Part shown: positions 43,201 to 56,356 of the stretch, one piece after another
Position numbering within the stretch: the stretch's first letter is position 1
Layout: every line of letters starts with the position of its first letter
NCBI GenBank assembly: GCA_001244265.2
Contig: LN717261.1
Location: forward strand, 2,061,591-2,125,590
DNA length: 64,000 nt
Source of the DNA: Microbotryum violaceum
Lineage: Eukaryota
Direction of reading: 5' to 3'
Notes under the pieces: generated by a model
What the model saw: the letters and a program-made list of their open reading frames with translations, nothing else
Databases searched by the model: none
What the model was told of the DNA's origin: nothing
Made by a program: the position numbers and the translations under genes

Positions 43201-46103
43201 GTATCGCCGACGCTTTCGCCACGCCGTTGTCAAGGGGGTGTTATCTACAACGATGGTGACTGCGTGCCGTACTCGCCTTATCTCTGCGCCAAGTACAATG
43301 CGCATATCAATGTGGAGGCTGTGACAACGATCGGCGCGATCAAGTACCTCTTCAAGTATGTGTACAAAGGTCCGGATCGAGCTGTGGCGCGTGTTGAGCG
43401 TGCAGCGAACGGTGAAGCGGCTCGCGAGGACGAACCGGTTCGAGATGAGATCAACGAGTTCGTCGAAGGTCGCTACATCAGTGATCCAGAAGCGGTCCAC
43501 CGCCTATTCGGATTCTCGGTCGGTAGAGTGTGGCCACCCGTCAATCAACTACCGGTCCATCTGGAGAATCAACAATCTGTGCAGATCAATCCCAATGAAC
43601 CGCTGCCCCTCGACACTCCGCCCACTCGCTCTAAACTGACCGGCTTCTTCGACCTGTGCGCTGCAGCTCCCGACGGCGAGCTCACTACCACGTTGCTCTA
43701 CACGAATGTGCCGCGCTACTACTGGAATAAGGAGAAGTTGCGCTGGAAACGCCGACTCCATGATCGCAATGTCATTGGACGAATCTACACCGTCCCACTG
43801 CGTAGTGGGGAGCGCTTTTACCTCAGACTGCTCCTCGAGGTCGTCATGGGCCCGACATCGTTTGCGGACCTGCTCATGTTCGAAGACGTCGTGTATCCTT
43901 CCTATCGCGCCGCTTGCGCCGATCGCGGACTTCTCGCCGACGATGGCGAGCATCACATCTGTCTCAGGGAAGCTGCACAGATTGAAACCGGTGACCAACT
44001 ACGCCGATTATTCGTGTTCATGCTCATCCATGCGACGGTTGCCAACCCACCAGCTTTGCTGGATCGTCACTTTGCTTCTCTTAGCGACGATGCCCGTTAT
44101 CACATCGAACGCTATGAAGATGTGCCCATCAACGATCAAACCATCCGCCTGTGGACCCTCAACAAGATTCGTCTCCTCCTTGCGGCAAACGATCGAACTT
44201 TGGCCTTCTTTGATCTTCCCGAGCTGACCGAGGACGAAGTGCGGCTGTTTGATCGTCTCGAGGAACGGCTTCCCCGTTTTGATCGCCAGCAATGCGCGCA
44301 AGATGCCGAAGCAGCGCATGCCCGTCTGAACCACGACCAACGAATTGCATTTGACGAGTGTCTTTGTGCGGTCGAGCTCGATGTCGTCGATCAGATGCGC
44401 GACAACAACCTTGGGCCGCAGCATGTGTTTTTCCTGCTAGCACCTGGGGGTACTGGCAAGACTTTTGTGGAAAATGCCCTTCTCGATACTGTGCGAGCTC
44501 GAGGCGACCAAGCGATTGCGGTGGCGTCGTCCGGAGTAGCGGCGTTGCTTCTCAAGGGAGGACACACGGCGCATTCAACTTTTCGAATCCCACTCGACAC
44601 CTTGCCAACCTCAACGTGTCCAGTCGACAGGGAGAGTGATCTCGCGCTGATGCTGCGTACCACCAAGCTCATCATTTGGGATGAAGCCCCAATGGCGCAT
44701 CGATTCGCGGTGGAAGCTGTCGACCGTTTACTGCGTGATCTCCGAGAGACCGAGGAGCACTTCGGCGGGGTGACAATGATCTTTGCGGGTCAGTTGGGCT
44801 CTTCCGCCTCCGCTCTGAACAGCGGCATGCTAACGAGGTTTCCAATTTGTAGGAGACTTTCGCCAGTGCCTTCCTGTCGTTCCCAAAGGAACTCCCGGTC
44901 AAATCGTCGATGCATCCCTCATCAAGGCAGACTTCTGGCGCGACGTTCGTGTCTTGCGACTTACCGAGAACATGCGTCTCAGCTCGAACGCTGATGCGAT
45001 GGACGAGGCTCAATTGGCTCGAACGCGCGACTTTGCGGAATGGCTACTCACCGTGGGAGATGGAACTGCCAACATGCACCCATACGACAAGATTGCAGTA
45101 CGTTTGGCTCCCCTCTTTTACCCTACCAACCGACACTAAGACCCCTTCTATCCGTTTCGCAGCTGCCTGATTACCTGCTGCTTCCGGACGGTCAAAGAAC
45201 GGCCGAAGGGTTGATCAACTTTGTCTACCCCGGTTTAAGGACCGTGAACAAGGAGTCCCTCGAAGACCTGATTCAGCTGTTCTCACGTCAGGCAATCCTA
45301 GCTCCGCATAATGCAACGGTCGATCGCATCAATGCCAAGCTGCTGGAAGAGTTCAATGGCGACTACATCGAGTATCGCAGCGCAGACGAGGTCGTTGAGG
45401 CAGGCGATACTGGGGGTGGAATGGCGCCGGAACTGATTTCGCCAGAGTATCTACATTCAATCAACCCATCCAACTTCCCCGCGTATCACTTGCGTCTCAA
45501 GGAAGGGATCCCCGTCGTTCTTCTTCGCAATTTGGACCCAGACGCGGGCCTCTGCAACGGTACCCGCCTGATCGTGTCGCACGCAAGATCGAGAGTCATT
45601 CAAGCCATCATCTTGACCGAAGATCGAGCGGGCACCACGGTCTTCATCCCTCGCGTGCGACTTGAGACAAATGCGACTGGCAGTCGCCAACTTGGTTTCA
45701 CTATGCGCCGGCTCCAATTCCCGCTTCGCGTTGCCTTGGCCATGACGATCAACAAAGCCCAAGGTCAATCACTTGATTGTGTTGGCGTCCATCTCTCCCT
45801 ACATCCCGTCTTCACTCATGGGCAGCTGTATGTGGCATTGTCTCAAGCCATGAGTGTTGATCGAATCAAGGTGCTACTGCCCTCTCGCGACCCCGCCGAT
45901 GATGACGACGACCTACAAGCCGTTGATCGAGCGGCAGCCGCAGCCACCGCGACCCCAAACCCAGTATTCCGCTCTGTTCTCAGAGCAATGAATGGGGAAT
46001 AGTACTGAAGCTGTCCTTTGTATTGTGTGTTTTACCTTCAACTGAGATCACGATTCTGCTATTTAATTTTCATCCTCCCGTTAAATTAACGGGTTCCCAC
46101 TGG
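40213..46103 (+). mobile_element. Near-complete Helitron family 1
   Basis: 5' CCCTAACTAG stack, full RepHel coding region, 17-bp hairpin CCCGTTAAATTAACGGG (46077-46093) and CTGG|T end. Confidence 0.95.
40811..46002 (+). pseudogene. RepHel (HUH Rep + Pif1 helicase), 4 introns, apparent frameshifts at ~41190 and ~43235
   Basis: CxHC/CC zinc region; FITVTCNPEW; EYQKRGLPHAH; YLFKYVYKG; APGGTGKT; IIWDEAPM; GDFRQCLPV; GLCNGTRL; QFPLRVALAMTINKAQGQSL; HGQLYVALSQ. Confidence 0.93.
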
Positions 46104-46699
46104 TTTTAAGGATAAGTTTTAAGGATTCTTTGTCTGACGTGACTGATTCATTTAGTAGTTTAGTAGATAGGTTTTAAGGATAAGATGCTAGATATTTTCG
46201 CTTGGAGGCGGTCGTTTGGAACTTGTAGGAGCCTGTTGGGTGGCCAGTACCACATTTTATGTATCGCAAAAAATGGATGAACTGGCAAAGCCGGCTTTCT
46301 ACTTTTTTGTGATCCTCTTGTATTGATAAGTGCTGGGAAGACGAATTATTGCTTGGTCAAGGATGCATTGAGGCCGATCATTGTGCTAACCAGTGTCATC
46401 AGAGTCGTCCGAAATCTCTAAGCTCGAAACCCTCCACTCTGTGGAGGGGCTTGTACCTTATACGCGCGTTTGGCTGAGTTGCCTATCGAAATTTGGCCCA
46501 AAAAAGTACCACCTTGCTGTAGCATGGCAAATAAAAACAACCTATACAATCGTTGCAAAAGGGTTACTCTTATGCTATTTTTTCGAGCATATACCCCAAG
46601 GGAAGACTCTTGGGAATCCTATTCATTGAGCTACAGCGGTGAGAAGTCGTTATTTTCGACTTGGAGCTGGCTTGCGCACGGACACAGAGGGACGGTTCT

Positions 46700-49320
46700 T
46701 CGCGCCGACGTGAATCAGCCAGCCGGGCCCCACCGGTCTCACCTTCGGTCCACAACGCCAGTCCACGACGTCGCTACCGCCCTCATGATCCACCATGCCC
46801 GTACAGACGCCAACGCTTGTCAAGCGCACACCTTGTCGGTCTCCATCGATTGAGTTCAGAGAGTCGGCCTTACGATCAGCTTCGAGGGCAAAGCCAACGA
46901 CATTGAGGGACCATCAATCAACCAAACAACCCCCGAACTGCCTAACCCTCGCTCTCGGGCTGCTCACTGGAGATCACAATTAACTCAAGAAGATCACGTT
47001 GACCCGATTGAGTTACGCAAGAAGCTCGGACTCCTCTTGGTCGACAAATTTGGCGAGGACTTAAGGAGTAAGTGTGGCAGATGCGTTCGGTAGTGGGAAA
47101 CGCCTTCAGCGGCCTGGAGGAAGGGAAACATGCGCTCCCAACAATGTATGAGTCGACCAATGTCTCCTTACAAAGTGGCGTAATACGCTTCCTCGAAATC
47201 GACCAAGTCGCGCAGCCGAAGGAGCGAGTCATAGAACACGGGAGCCTTTTCCATGTTCACCTTTGCTCGCTGCACAGGGTCAGAGTACAAGTATCGATCG
47301 AAGACCTTCATGATCGCGACATCGAGTCCAGTGAGGTGGGTTTGTTTGAGCTCGTCAATTGATGTGAGGCCAAGTTCTTGTCTGCATGCATAACAGAACG
47401 AGCTGTTAGCAGCGCATAACATCAATTTGCCCTTGGCTTTATGTGCATAGTTTGGGACCATATCACTCACAGAAGACAGCTCAACAGCTCCAGTTGAGCG
47501 GTGTCTCGAAGCAGCCTTTCCATCGGGTTGTAGTCCTTGATTTTTGGGGGCTCCGGTCCTTTGCGGCCAAGTAGATTAGCGGTGATGAAAAGCGACTTCG
47601 ATATTTCGATCCTTCCAACGGATCCTCAAAGTATCGTCGGTAGATTGCTGCCCCAATGCACCACTGCAAATGAGCCACGCCTGGAACTCTGTAATTGTAG
47701 TCCCTAGTCCATCCTACAGTCGTCGAAACGGAAAGCGGTTCCTACGAAGTGACTCGACAAGCATTGAGGTCCCGCCATCACATCCGAGTATCCATAGAGA
47801 GTCCGCTTCTTCTTTCTCCGAGAGTCCGAGTTGCGTCCGCAGACGGTTGATGACTTTTGCTACATCTGTGGGGGATGTATCGGATTCGTCCATCATCTGA
47901 AGCAAAGTAATGTAGGGTTTTCGGACATCCAGTTGTTCGATTGGCTCTGGTCTGCACCGAGAATCGTGAAGCGTGAGGCCGAGATGAGGAACCAGTCGAG
48001 CAAGCGCTCGATACATCTGGGCGGAAAACCCTGTGGCGAAGGCCTCCTCAGACGCTTCAGCGGGCAAGGGAAGGTTTACATCGACCGGAGGTAACAATGC
48101 TTGATGCGCAATGTATGCTTGAAAGTCGTACGCGTTGGCCACGTCTCCATTCTGAACGTGCGCGTATCCCAAAGCCCCATGAAGCGGCTCGGAACGTCGA
48201 TCAAGGTGTTCATCATTGACGTGATGTGCAACGTCGATGTTGTCAAGAGTGACATGGAAGTAGCGGGTTGACCTGATCTCCTTCAGCAACGCCAGATTGG
48301 CCATTGTCAGGCTCAAAGCTGCTCGTCGAGTTGTACGGCGAGAGGTCGTGAGGCCACAGTCGTACAGGAACGTCGTCAACCGATCGTTCGCTCCACAAGC
48401 GAGATCCATGAGACCGTTGCGATGCTGCATAGCATTATTTCTTCGGTTACACGCGAAGGCGATCTGACCCATTATCGCGCGACAAAGCTGCGGCAAGTCA
48501 ATAAACGCCATCATCAATTTGACTTTGACCAAGGGGCTGAGCTCAGGCAATAATTACGCACAAATGGTACATGTTGCTCCTTGAGAATGAGAAACACCCC
48601 CGTTCTGCATCCGACCCAGAGCTATCCTCTTGAGCGTCCTCCATGTCAACGTCCGTATAATCCGAGCTGAGTTTGTCGCAGTTTGATTCTTCGACTGGTG
48701 TGGGTCTCCGCAGTGAGACAACAGGTTGCGGATGCGTCCACTGATGAAAGAGTTGCTTTCGACTATTGCGTCGAGGCGTGCGTCAATCTGATCAGATGCC
48801 AAGACTTCAGGAGCCATGTCGTGGCTGGAGACGAAGGCGGATTTGGTTCGTTTCATCTCTTTCACAATGATTGAGGCAGACTGCACAGGTAGGATGCAAG
48901 TGTTTAAGAGGCCCTGCGGCGGTCTTGTATACTGACCTGATATGCTGGAGTGTTACCCACCTGGTTGGCGATCCAATGATTGAGTCGGCCTCGTGCGTCT
49001 GGGCCATCTTCGCGGGCGAGTTGGAGTTGTATACTGAGATCAAGTACATGCTTGAGCCGGTCCAATTACTGTTGAAGAGCTTTGGCCTATGATTGTGCAC
49101 CATCGTGTTGTGTTGATGGTCTGAAATACCACGAGAGGTATTGACATAGTGAGAGCTTGTGGAGCCGAAAATGAGCGAATAGATCCGCTTGACGGCGGCG
49201 ATCCTGGCGAGTCGTCGAGTCATAGCGTCTGCGGTTCCGCGTCATTCTGAGATAAGCGCGGTGTTGCACCGAGAACAAGCGAACAGCATAGTTCCGAGAA
49301 GACGAGTGATGCAGAATGGG
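46700..49320 (-). pseudogene. DUF6589-type transposase-like relic
   Basis: AFACNRRNNAMQ..ACG; VTLDNID; LQMMDESD; GCDGGT; GDIGRL..W pattern. Several stops and frameshifts; boundaries approximate. Confidence 0.65.
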
Positions 49321-49321
49321 A

Positions 49322-49430
49322 CCAAGGGTTCTCATAGGATCCGATCCGATCCGATCCTGATCCTAATTTTTAGGATCAGATCGATCCTGATCCTAGCTGG
49401 GCAGGATCAAGATAAGATAGATCAAGCCTC
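49322..49430. repeat. GATCC/GGATC repeat cluster, probable DNA-transposon terminus
   Basis: CAAGGGTTCTCATAGGATCCGATCCGATCCGATCCTGATCCTAA...TTAGGATCAGATCGATCC with direct and inverted copies. Confidence 0.5.
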
Positions 49431-50496
49431 CGAGAAAAAAGAAAAAAAAAAGAAAAAAAAAGGTGGGGGGGAGGCGATGTAGCGTCGTTAATTGGTAGAT
49501 AGCCCTTTAACTGATACCTGCCGTTCACAAGAACGCGCTATAGGGTATGTACCACTATCCGACATGACCTTTATTACACAAGTCTAAACCGACTATAAAT
49601 TATGTTCGCATTTTGTAGATGTCATGCGAAACCCACCTACACCGGCGAGGGCAACGCGCGCAATCGGAGCTCATAAAAAAAGGCGAATCAGTGAGGTGAT
49701 CATTTCGGATGATGATGATGATAATGGTGCCGACAAGGATGAAGAACATACTTGCCACGCTACAGAGAACCACCCCAAAATGGCCCTGAATTTTCGGAGG
49801 GCAACTGGGCCAGGCGCGCCGATAAGTCCTAAGCCCCTCCCAGAGGGAGGGCTTAGTTGAGCTTACGAAATCTCCACCGCTGGGAACGACTGCCATGACG
49901 TCTTCGACTTTTACCTTCTCAGCTGAACTAGCGAGCCTGCCAGCGATCGTTTGCAGAGCCGCCTCTCAGTCGAAAGCAGTAAGTCTGTGCCTCTTCGTTG
50001 GTGGTAGATTTCGTACTCGCAAGCTCCTCAGCCGTGGGGAGGTCCGACTCCACGCTGCTTTAGCAAAGACTATCAATTATAGTCGTTCGGCGAGGCGTGA
50101 GAGTGCGAGTGTGCGAGTGTGCGAGTGTGCGACAAAAGAACAGAGAACGGCGCGGATAGATTGCGAAGTTCCCAACATGTCGCGATTGTACCTCCTTTCT
50201 CTGTGCGATTACTTGATGAAGCACCCTCTGGCAGCAAAAATGTCTAAAGGGGTGCCAAATTTGCCCGTCGGTAAGCCGTGCCGCCTCACCCGCGGTCAGC
50301 GGTTGGGCCAAGCCTGGCATGGGGCACAAACATGGGGGATTGGGCCGATTACAATTGGAAATTTGATGACCTCGCTAGGGAGCACAAGCCTCCTTAATGG
50401 AAAGATCAACTTTCAGCGCAACAGGAGTCCGTACCAGACACAAAAAAAGTTAAGATATCTAAGGCAACCCCCGGGGCCTTATCTATCTATCTAAGA

Positions 50497-50612
50497 CTAG
50501 GTTCGGCGGCGCGCTCCGCGCGCCACCTCACATTGGACCGAGAGCTGCCTATGACGTCACGCTACGTGGTTTATCTTTGTCTCAGGACGTTTTTTATTAT
50601 ATAGTTTTAAGG
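50497..50612 (-). mobile_element. Minimal Helitron family 2 (5' end fused directly to 3' hairpin/CTAG)
   Basis: 50497-50532 is the reverse complement of the 26549-26584 end; 50534-50612 matches 3477-3570. Confidence 0.8.
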
Positions 50613-50689
50613 ATATTTGGATAAGATGTCATCTATATCTTAGCGAGATATGCTAAGATAGATATATAGACATCTAATGAGGAACCCTG

Positions 50690-50890
50690 CTGGGGAGGGG
50701 GAGGCAGCTGCACCTTGCCCTGCGAGCAGCACGTGCTAAAGTGTCCGGTCGACTTCGTCCTTTCGCACTCCCCGTGTCGAGCCTTGGAGTGTGTGCCCAC
50801 GGCGGTCTGGGGCCCGAGATAGTCGCGGATTGAAAAACTTTGGGCTTGAGTGGTGTAATGCGAGTTTAGCCCTGCGCACTCGCCTATCTG
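50690..50890 (-). mobile_element. Helitron family 1 N-terminal fragment
   Basis: KARHGECERTKSTGHFSTCCSQGKVQLPPPPQ matches 41200-41300. Confidence 0.75.
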
Positions 50891-51104
50891 CTCACGGTCC
50901 CTTTTACAATCACAGGTAATGATTGATGGATACAACATGTGAAGACTTTTGTGAAGGCGTTCAGCAGCACTCTATCTATTGCCCAGCGGCCGCTTGTCGC
51001 CGACCGCCCATGGTGCATCGCCGTCCCCTAAAGGTCCGTCGCCCGTATCCCCTCCCAAACTTCCTCACCCCGACGAATTACGGCATAACTTGCTATTTTT
51101 GACC

Positions 51105-52626
51105 TCAGGTCCGGGTCCGAACTTTGTAAGCAGCCGGGCTCTCGTACTCGGTGGGTGCTTGAGCCCACATGCCGACTTTTCGACGTCTGCGGGCGAAATC
51201 CGATGGCGATCGACCGCATGGTTCAAAACACGTCCCATTCCCCGGTCCTGAGAGTTCTCGAGACAAGCTCACCTGGCTCTCGCTTCGGTTTCTTCGAAGC
51301 GATGAAGTAGTCCTGCGTGAACGGCGCCTCCTTGAGTGTAGACCGTGGCAACTGATGTCAAATCGATGTTGGTGAGCCAAGTCGAACAGCAGCAGCACGA
51401 TTGGGATCACAAGCGGCCGGCACTTACGACCTCGCTTCAACATCTCTTCGCTGACGTTCCGTCGAAAGATGAAAGGGAAATTGCGAACGTAAGCCATACC
51501 AACCTTGCAGCCCGGGTGGATGATGTCAACGAAGGATTGCGGCGCGGAGCCAGTCAGCTGGCAGCCTTCTCACACGGGCTCTCGTGAAACTTACTACCCT
51601 TCCGTAGCGGTCTTTACTGTAAAGCTCGACGTAGACAGTCCGCCCCAGCACGCTTCGGGTGAGCCTAACACATGTTGCGCGTCAGGGTGTTGGTCAGCTG
51701 AACTGCGCAGTTCTCTCTCGCACCGGGGTGGGCTCGAGACGAGACAGCCCTTACCAATCCAACGCCTCGGCCGAATAAGCCTGAGCAGGGTTGCCGAAAT
51801 GGGAAAGCTATGAGATATCCTCTCCGACGCATGACGAGGCGAATGAGCCATTCCGCGGAGAGGGTGGGACGGAGGTAAGCGATCGGGTCAGGGCCAACTC
51901 ACCTCGGGCGCATCGACTCCCGCCAGTCTGACGTGCAAAGTCTGATTCTTTAGGCCTGCGACAGGAAACGCGGTTCAACGAAAGAGCTTCGGGGCGTTTG
52001 GGGTACTCGCCTTGAACCGAGGTTGTGACGATGGCACTGCACTGCACTGCAAGAAACGCAAAGGGCTTCATTGTGACCAATCGAACCTACCGGCTCGAGT
52101 GGTGGGCACTCGTCGATAGAAGGCCCAACACGGTCTGTGGTAGAGCCGAAAATTGTCGGCATCGCCCACGCTGAGATTGGTTTGCCGAGCCAAGCCCCGG
52201 TCGGGGGTGTGATGTGATGTGATGTGATGCGATGTGGTGTGGTGTGGTGTGGTTCGTTGCCATACGGCGAATGAAATTGTCAGTCCGCGAGCACGGCAAC
52301 CGGAACGCGCCCGACGCGACCCCACATCACGACGACTGACCGACTTACCTCGTCACGATTCCGCGCAGGGCGCGCCCGTTGAGATGCGCTGCGGTGAGTT
52401 GCTCGACATTCGCAACCCTACGAAGATAGCGCGCCCAGATCCAATAGCTCGACAGCGTCAAGCCCACAGCCGAGGCGCCCACCAGCAATGGGTTGGTATG
52501 GTCGATTCGGAGCAACGAGCTTGTCAGCGTGGGTGTGAGCGCGGACGGAGCCGTACTCGAGCACCCCGGGCGCGGTGGGTCTGGGGCCGACGATGCTGCT
52601 TCACGCGACAGCTCTTGGGATCGCAT
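51105..52626 (-). CDS. LCL3: Probable endonuclease Lcl3 (staphylococcal nuclease/TNase domain), ~8 exons
   Basis: Exons read: TM segment + YLRRVAN..LRGIVT | SVGDADNFRLYH | LKNQTLHVRLAGVDAPE | LSHFGNPAQAYSAEALDW | VELYSKDRYGRV | VGMAYVR..NVSEEMLKRG | ATVYTQGGA | RRKVGMWAQ..ESPAAYK. GT-AG introns. Confidence 0.9.
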
Positions 52627-52879
52627 TCGGGCACAACCGATGTCGGCCACGGCCACAACCAGGACAGGCCACCGACGAACGATGACGGAATGGGAGGGAC
52701 CGGCTGGGCTTAAATGGGAAGAGCGTGGGCACGGCAATCGGAAGGGCTGAAACAACTGGAAGAGCAGGGCCACGGGTGGGCCGCCCCCCTGGTGTGGCGC
52801 GCCTGCGCTTAGAGTGGAGTAGAGTGGAGTAGGCGAGAGAAACGCCTGTTCGCTTCTGCACCTTATTCGTTTCGCTCGA

Positions 52880-55380
52880 ACGGCAGTGCTTATTGCCTCT
52901 ACACTCGCGAAACTTTTCGACCCTGTTGGTACCGGTAATGACGACTGCTTCGACCTCAACCAACGACCACGCCGCGCCCTCACCTACAGAGTCGCCGGCG
53001 GTAACGATCGGTGGCGCCGCGGGCGTGGCCCCGCAATTTCCCCCGATGCAACTTTCCGGCGCCCTAGACACGACGCCGTGTATCACTTACGACGTCGGCC
53101 TTATTCGGCATCTGCCGAGATGATCAAGTGGGCAAAGGATCGTAAGGATCCTCCGATGTCGTGTCCGCTACGACACCAACAAGTCAAGATGAGTCTGGCT
53201 ATGGTGTGGGTTTCAACGCGCGGATGCAGGCGGGTCTGGTCTTCAACGGTTGCCTGCCGCGCACGCAATGGCAGGGCGCGCGCTATTCCTATGCGCTCCA
53301 TATCAAGGTGGTGGTCGACCCGATGACGGCCTCGATCATCGGCGATGGAGCACCCGGTGGACGATCTCATTGAGGCGCATGGCCGCATTCAAGCCATGGA
53401 GGAGGCAACGCTGGGGGCCAAGGATTGGAAGCCGATTCTTCCTCTCCTCAAACCTGTAGTGGTTGCACCTGCATTGGTAGTCGTAACTTCGGTGGTTCCG
53501 CTGGGCGCTGTGCCGCGGGCGGCAGCCTGCACCAACTATAACATGAAGGGCTGCATCCAATCCTGCGTTTGTGAACACGCGTATTTTTTCTGTAAAGGCC
53601 AGCATGAGGCTTATATCCACGTCGGGTCCGCATGACCGAGTTGGCGCGTCTGAATCACCAACCTTTCCCCACTCTCGTGTCGTGCCGTCGCTTCCGCCTC
53701 ACGTCGGTGTACGTGTAGATGCCCGGCCCCGACGGGCTCTGTGGCCCTTCCTGAGGTCGTTACCTCTTAGGCATCGCGTCGAGTGCCTCCGTTGTCTGGT
53801 CCAGGGGTCAAATCCCCCACCGTTCGCGCTTCCTCATGTCCGCACGCGCTAAGCGCTGCTCCGGGCGGACCCTCCGAGCATCACCGAACTGCCCATGCAC
53901 GGGGTGGGCAGGGCTTCACTCGAACCTGTCACGGCCGGCAGCAAAGAAGACGTCCCGTTTGTGCCTTCAATGCCCGCGCCCGAAACTTCCGCTCGCATGC
54001 GAATCATGGCTCGCGAAGTCGACTCATTCCATGATGCAGTGTACAAGATTGTTCCGCTGCTCAATGCTTCCGTGTTCGAAGCCAACATTAAGGCACCAGA
54101 AAAGGTCGCGCACGTCGTGCCGTACCTGGTCACTATACCGAAGCAGATCCGAAGGGGCTTTGATTTCGGCATCAAGGACCCTCTGTTGGAGCGTCACATT
54201 GCGAAGAACGCACCGCTCACCAAGGAGCAACAACTGGTCATAGATGGCGAGATGGAGCGCATGCTCGATCTTGGGTACATCGCGGGGCCGTTATGGTATA
54301 GCAAAATGGTCAATCAAAGATAATATGGAATGACAAGGGAAAATGATGGAACCAAGAACGAAGACGAGAGAGACAAGAGAGGGGCTCAAACCAAGAAATG
54401 AGACCGAGTATAAGAACGAAACACGCAGAAAGTGAGAACCAGCTAAGACGCTGAATTGGATCCTAGAAGTGGTCTTCCTAAAAACAAGAAGCAAACTCCT
54501 CTCCGACACCAGGACACTCCAATCCCTCCGGGCCAGCTTCCTCCTCTTTTCCAACACTCGGCCTTCCAATCACGCCATACTTTGTCCTGAACTTTTATCC
54601 ACTCATGTGGTGCTAGGCCGAGTTAGCCGAATCTGCGCTTCCCAACTAGGCGACTCCAGCCCGATCCCCGAGACTACCGAATTAGCCGATGCCCGTGTGA
54701 CCCAAGTTCCACAATGACCAGGAGTCCCATCTCATTTCCGACAACAGGAGTCTCGTTTCCGACTTTGTTGCATGACGGGATCTCGAGTACCACACCGTAC
54801 GACAAGGACGAGCTCGAGGCCGCGGTCGGCCCTTTCCGCACGAATCCGATCAGCTATGTGCCAACGTCAGTAGCGCCCGGAATGCCGCCAAAGTGGAGAC
54901 AGATCAAAAATCTGTCTTACCCCAAGACGCTCGGAGGTCAAATTGGTCACTGGGCCATTGAGACAGTGTATCGCAAACGGGGAGCGGAAGGCGGTTTTGC
55001 GGGCGTGTTGCCTGGACCGTCGCACGTACGATCAACTCAAATACTGGAGAAGGTTCCTCTCATCGGAAGGCCCTCCTGATCCCATCGAAGCTTGCGCTAG
55101 CGTCGGATGCCTGTATGCACGGACTAGGCATTGTCATCAACGGATACTCCGCATACTTTGCTCTACCCGAGGGGTGGATGGATCTGCCACAGCCTTGACA
55201 CTCGGTCTCAATCACAAATGCGGAGGCGCAGGTGGTCAAGGTGCTGGCCAACGCAGCGCTACAAATGTCTAAAGACGATAGACATTTCGCTGTCCAATGC
55301 GACAACACCGGGGTTGTGCTTGGATGGACAAAAGGGCATTCAATGAATCCCTTGTTGAACTCGTCGTTTTCACACCTGCC
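52880..55380 (+). mobile_element. Degenerate DIRS/Ngaro-like (YR retrotransposon) gag-RT-RNase H relic
   Basis: Gag finger CTNYNMKGCIQSCVCEH..C..H; RT start IVPLLNA..IRRGFDFG..GYIAGP|YDKDELEAAVGPFRTNPI..WRQIKNLSYP; RNase H SDACMHGLGIV and CDNTGVVLGW. RT core deleted; no tyrosine recombinase seen. Confidence 0.75.
54292..54794 (-). mobile_element. 503-bp second copy of the TG..TA solo-LTR-like element with CCGT duplication
   Basis: CCGT at 54288-54291 and 54795-54798. Excision restores the frame IAGPYDKDELE. Homologous to 1176-1734. Confidence 0.87.
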
Positions 55381-56114
55381 TGCGCAGCCTTGAGGAAATT
55401 TGAGGTGTGAAGTGGTTGATTGACTACATCAACACAAAGGTGACCCCCATGGGCGTCGTTTCGTTCGAACCGTTCCCATTCATGATTGCGCACCCACTGT
55501 CAAAGTTTCCAACGGGGTGCAAGTTGCTGCAGGTGGCGTGAGAGCCCCTGTGGGCGATAGGCTGAGATATCTGACTCCCTTTGTGGAAGGTGGGGCTTTG
55601 TTTGTACAGAGTTGCGTATCCCTGTGTCTGCAATGTCGTGTACCTTTGTTTGTTTTTGAGGTCATTTTACCTTTGTAAAGGTGTACACAGATCACATCCG
55701 AAACCTTGGCCATTGGTCATTGAATGCCTTTGACAGGTATTGGCGGCAGCACAAGAGGATTGCAATCCAACACCTTTCGCTGTGAATGTGGGGGGCGTGA
55801 CCTGTGGTACGTGTCCGGCGCCAGGGCGCCTGTCCGAACCGGGGGTTCGGGAATTGGGGTGTACGCATCATCCCAGGGTCTTGTCCAGGAAGATCAATCA
55901 TCTTCCTCATCCCACACAACCAGACAAAACGAAAGATACACAAGGAAGGTCGCAATTTCCTTCCCACGCTCGAGAACCTCATTGGCATCCGATCAAGACA
56001 TCGGAGGGGAAAAGCGACTAGTTGGGGCAGGTTGGGGCTAGTCAGGACAGGTCACGACGAGCGAAGCAAGGCGAGGCAGGGCAAGGCAAGTGCGAGAGGG
56101 TGCGAGAGCAGGAC

Positions 56115-56356
56115 AGGACCCGGGAAAGCTCAGCCGAAGGTGCGTCTCGAAAAACCCCGTTTGTAGGCCGATTTAGACACCGAATATCCCTATATAAGGG
56201 GTGAATGTATTCCGGTGTAAAACCAGATTATTGGGTTGTGTTCAAAAAGTGACTCTACCGTGAAAAATCACGTCATGTAGCATATCACAAGGCATAAATG
56301 GGCCCGAAAAGTACAAATCTCCGAGACGCACATTGGGCTGAGCTTTCCTGGGTCCT
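56115..56356. mobile_element. 242-bp MITE, 35-bp TIRs, 8-bp TSD
   Basis: TIR AGGACCC(G/A)GGAAAGCTCAGCC.AA.GTGCGTCTCG (32/35 match); AGCAGGAC at 56107-56114 and 56357-56364. Confidence 0.85.

Noticed and set aside
42371-43222. 283-aa minus-strand ORF
   Set aside because: Antisense shadow of the Rep domain.
46190-46620. Continuation of the Plavaka transposase predicted by the inversion model
   Set aside because: No Plavaka C-terminal motifs recognised in the frames I checked.
52207-52252. (GATGT/GGTGT)n and other microsatellites (9434, 13081, 21955)
   Set aside because: Ordinary intronic or intergenic simple repeats.
55803-56100. Third copy of the TG..TA element (starts TGTGGTAC)
   Set aside because: Similarity stops after 8 bp; no matching end or TSD.
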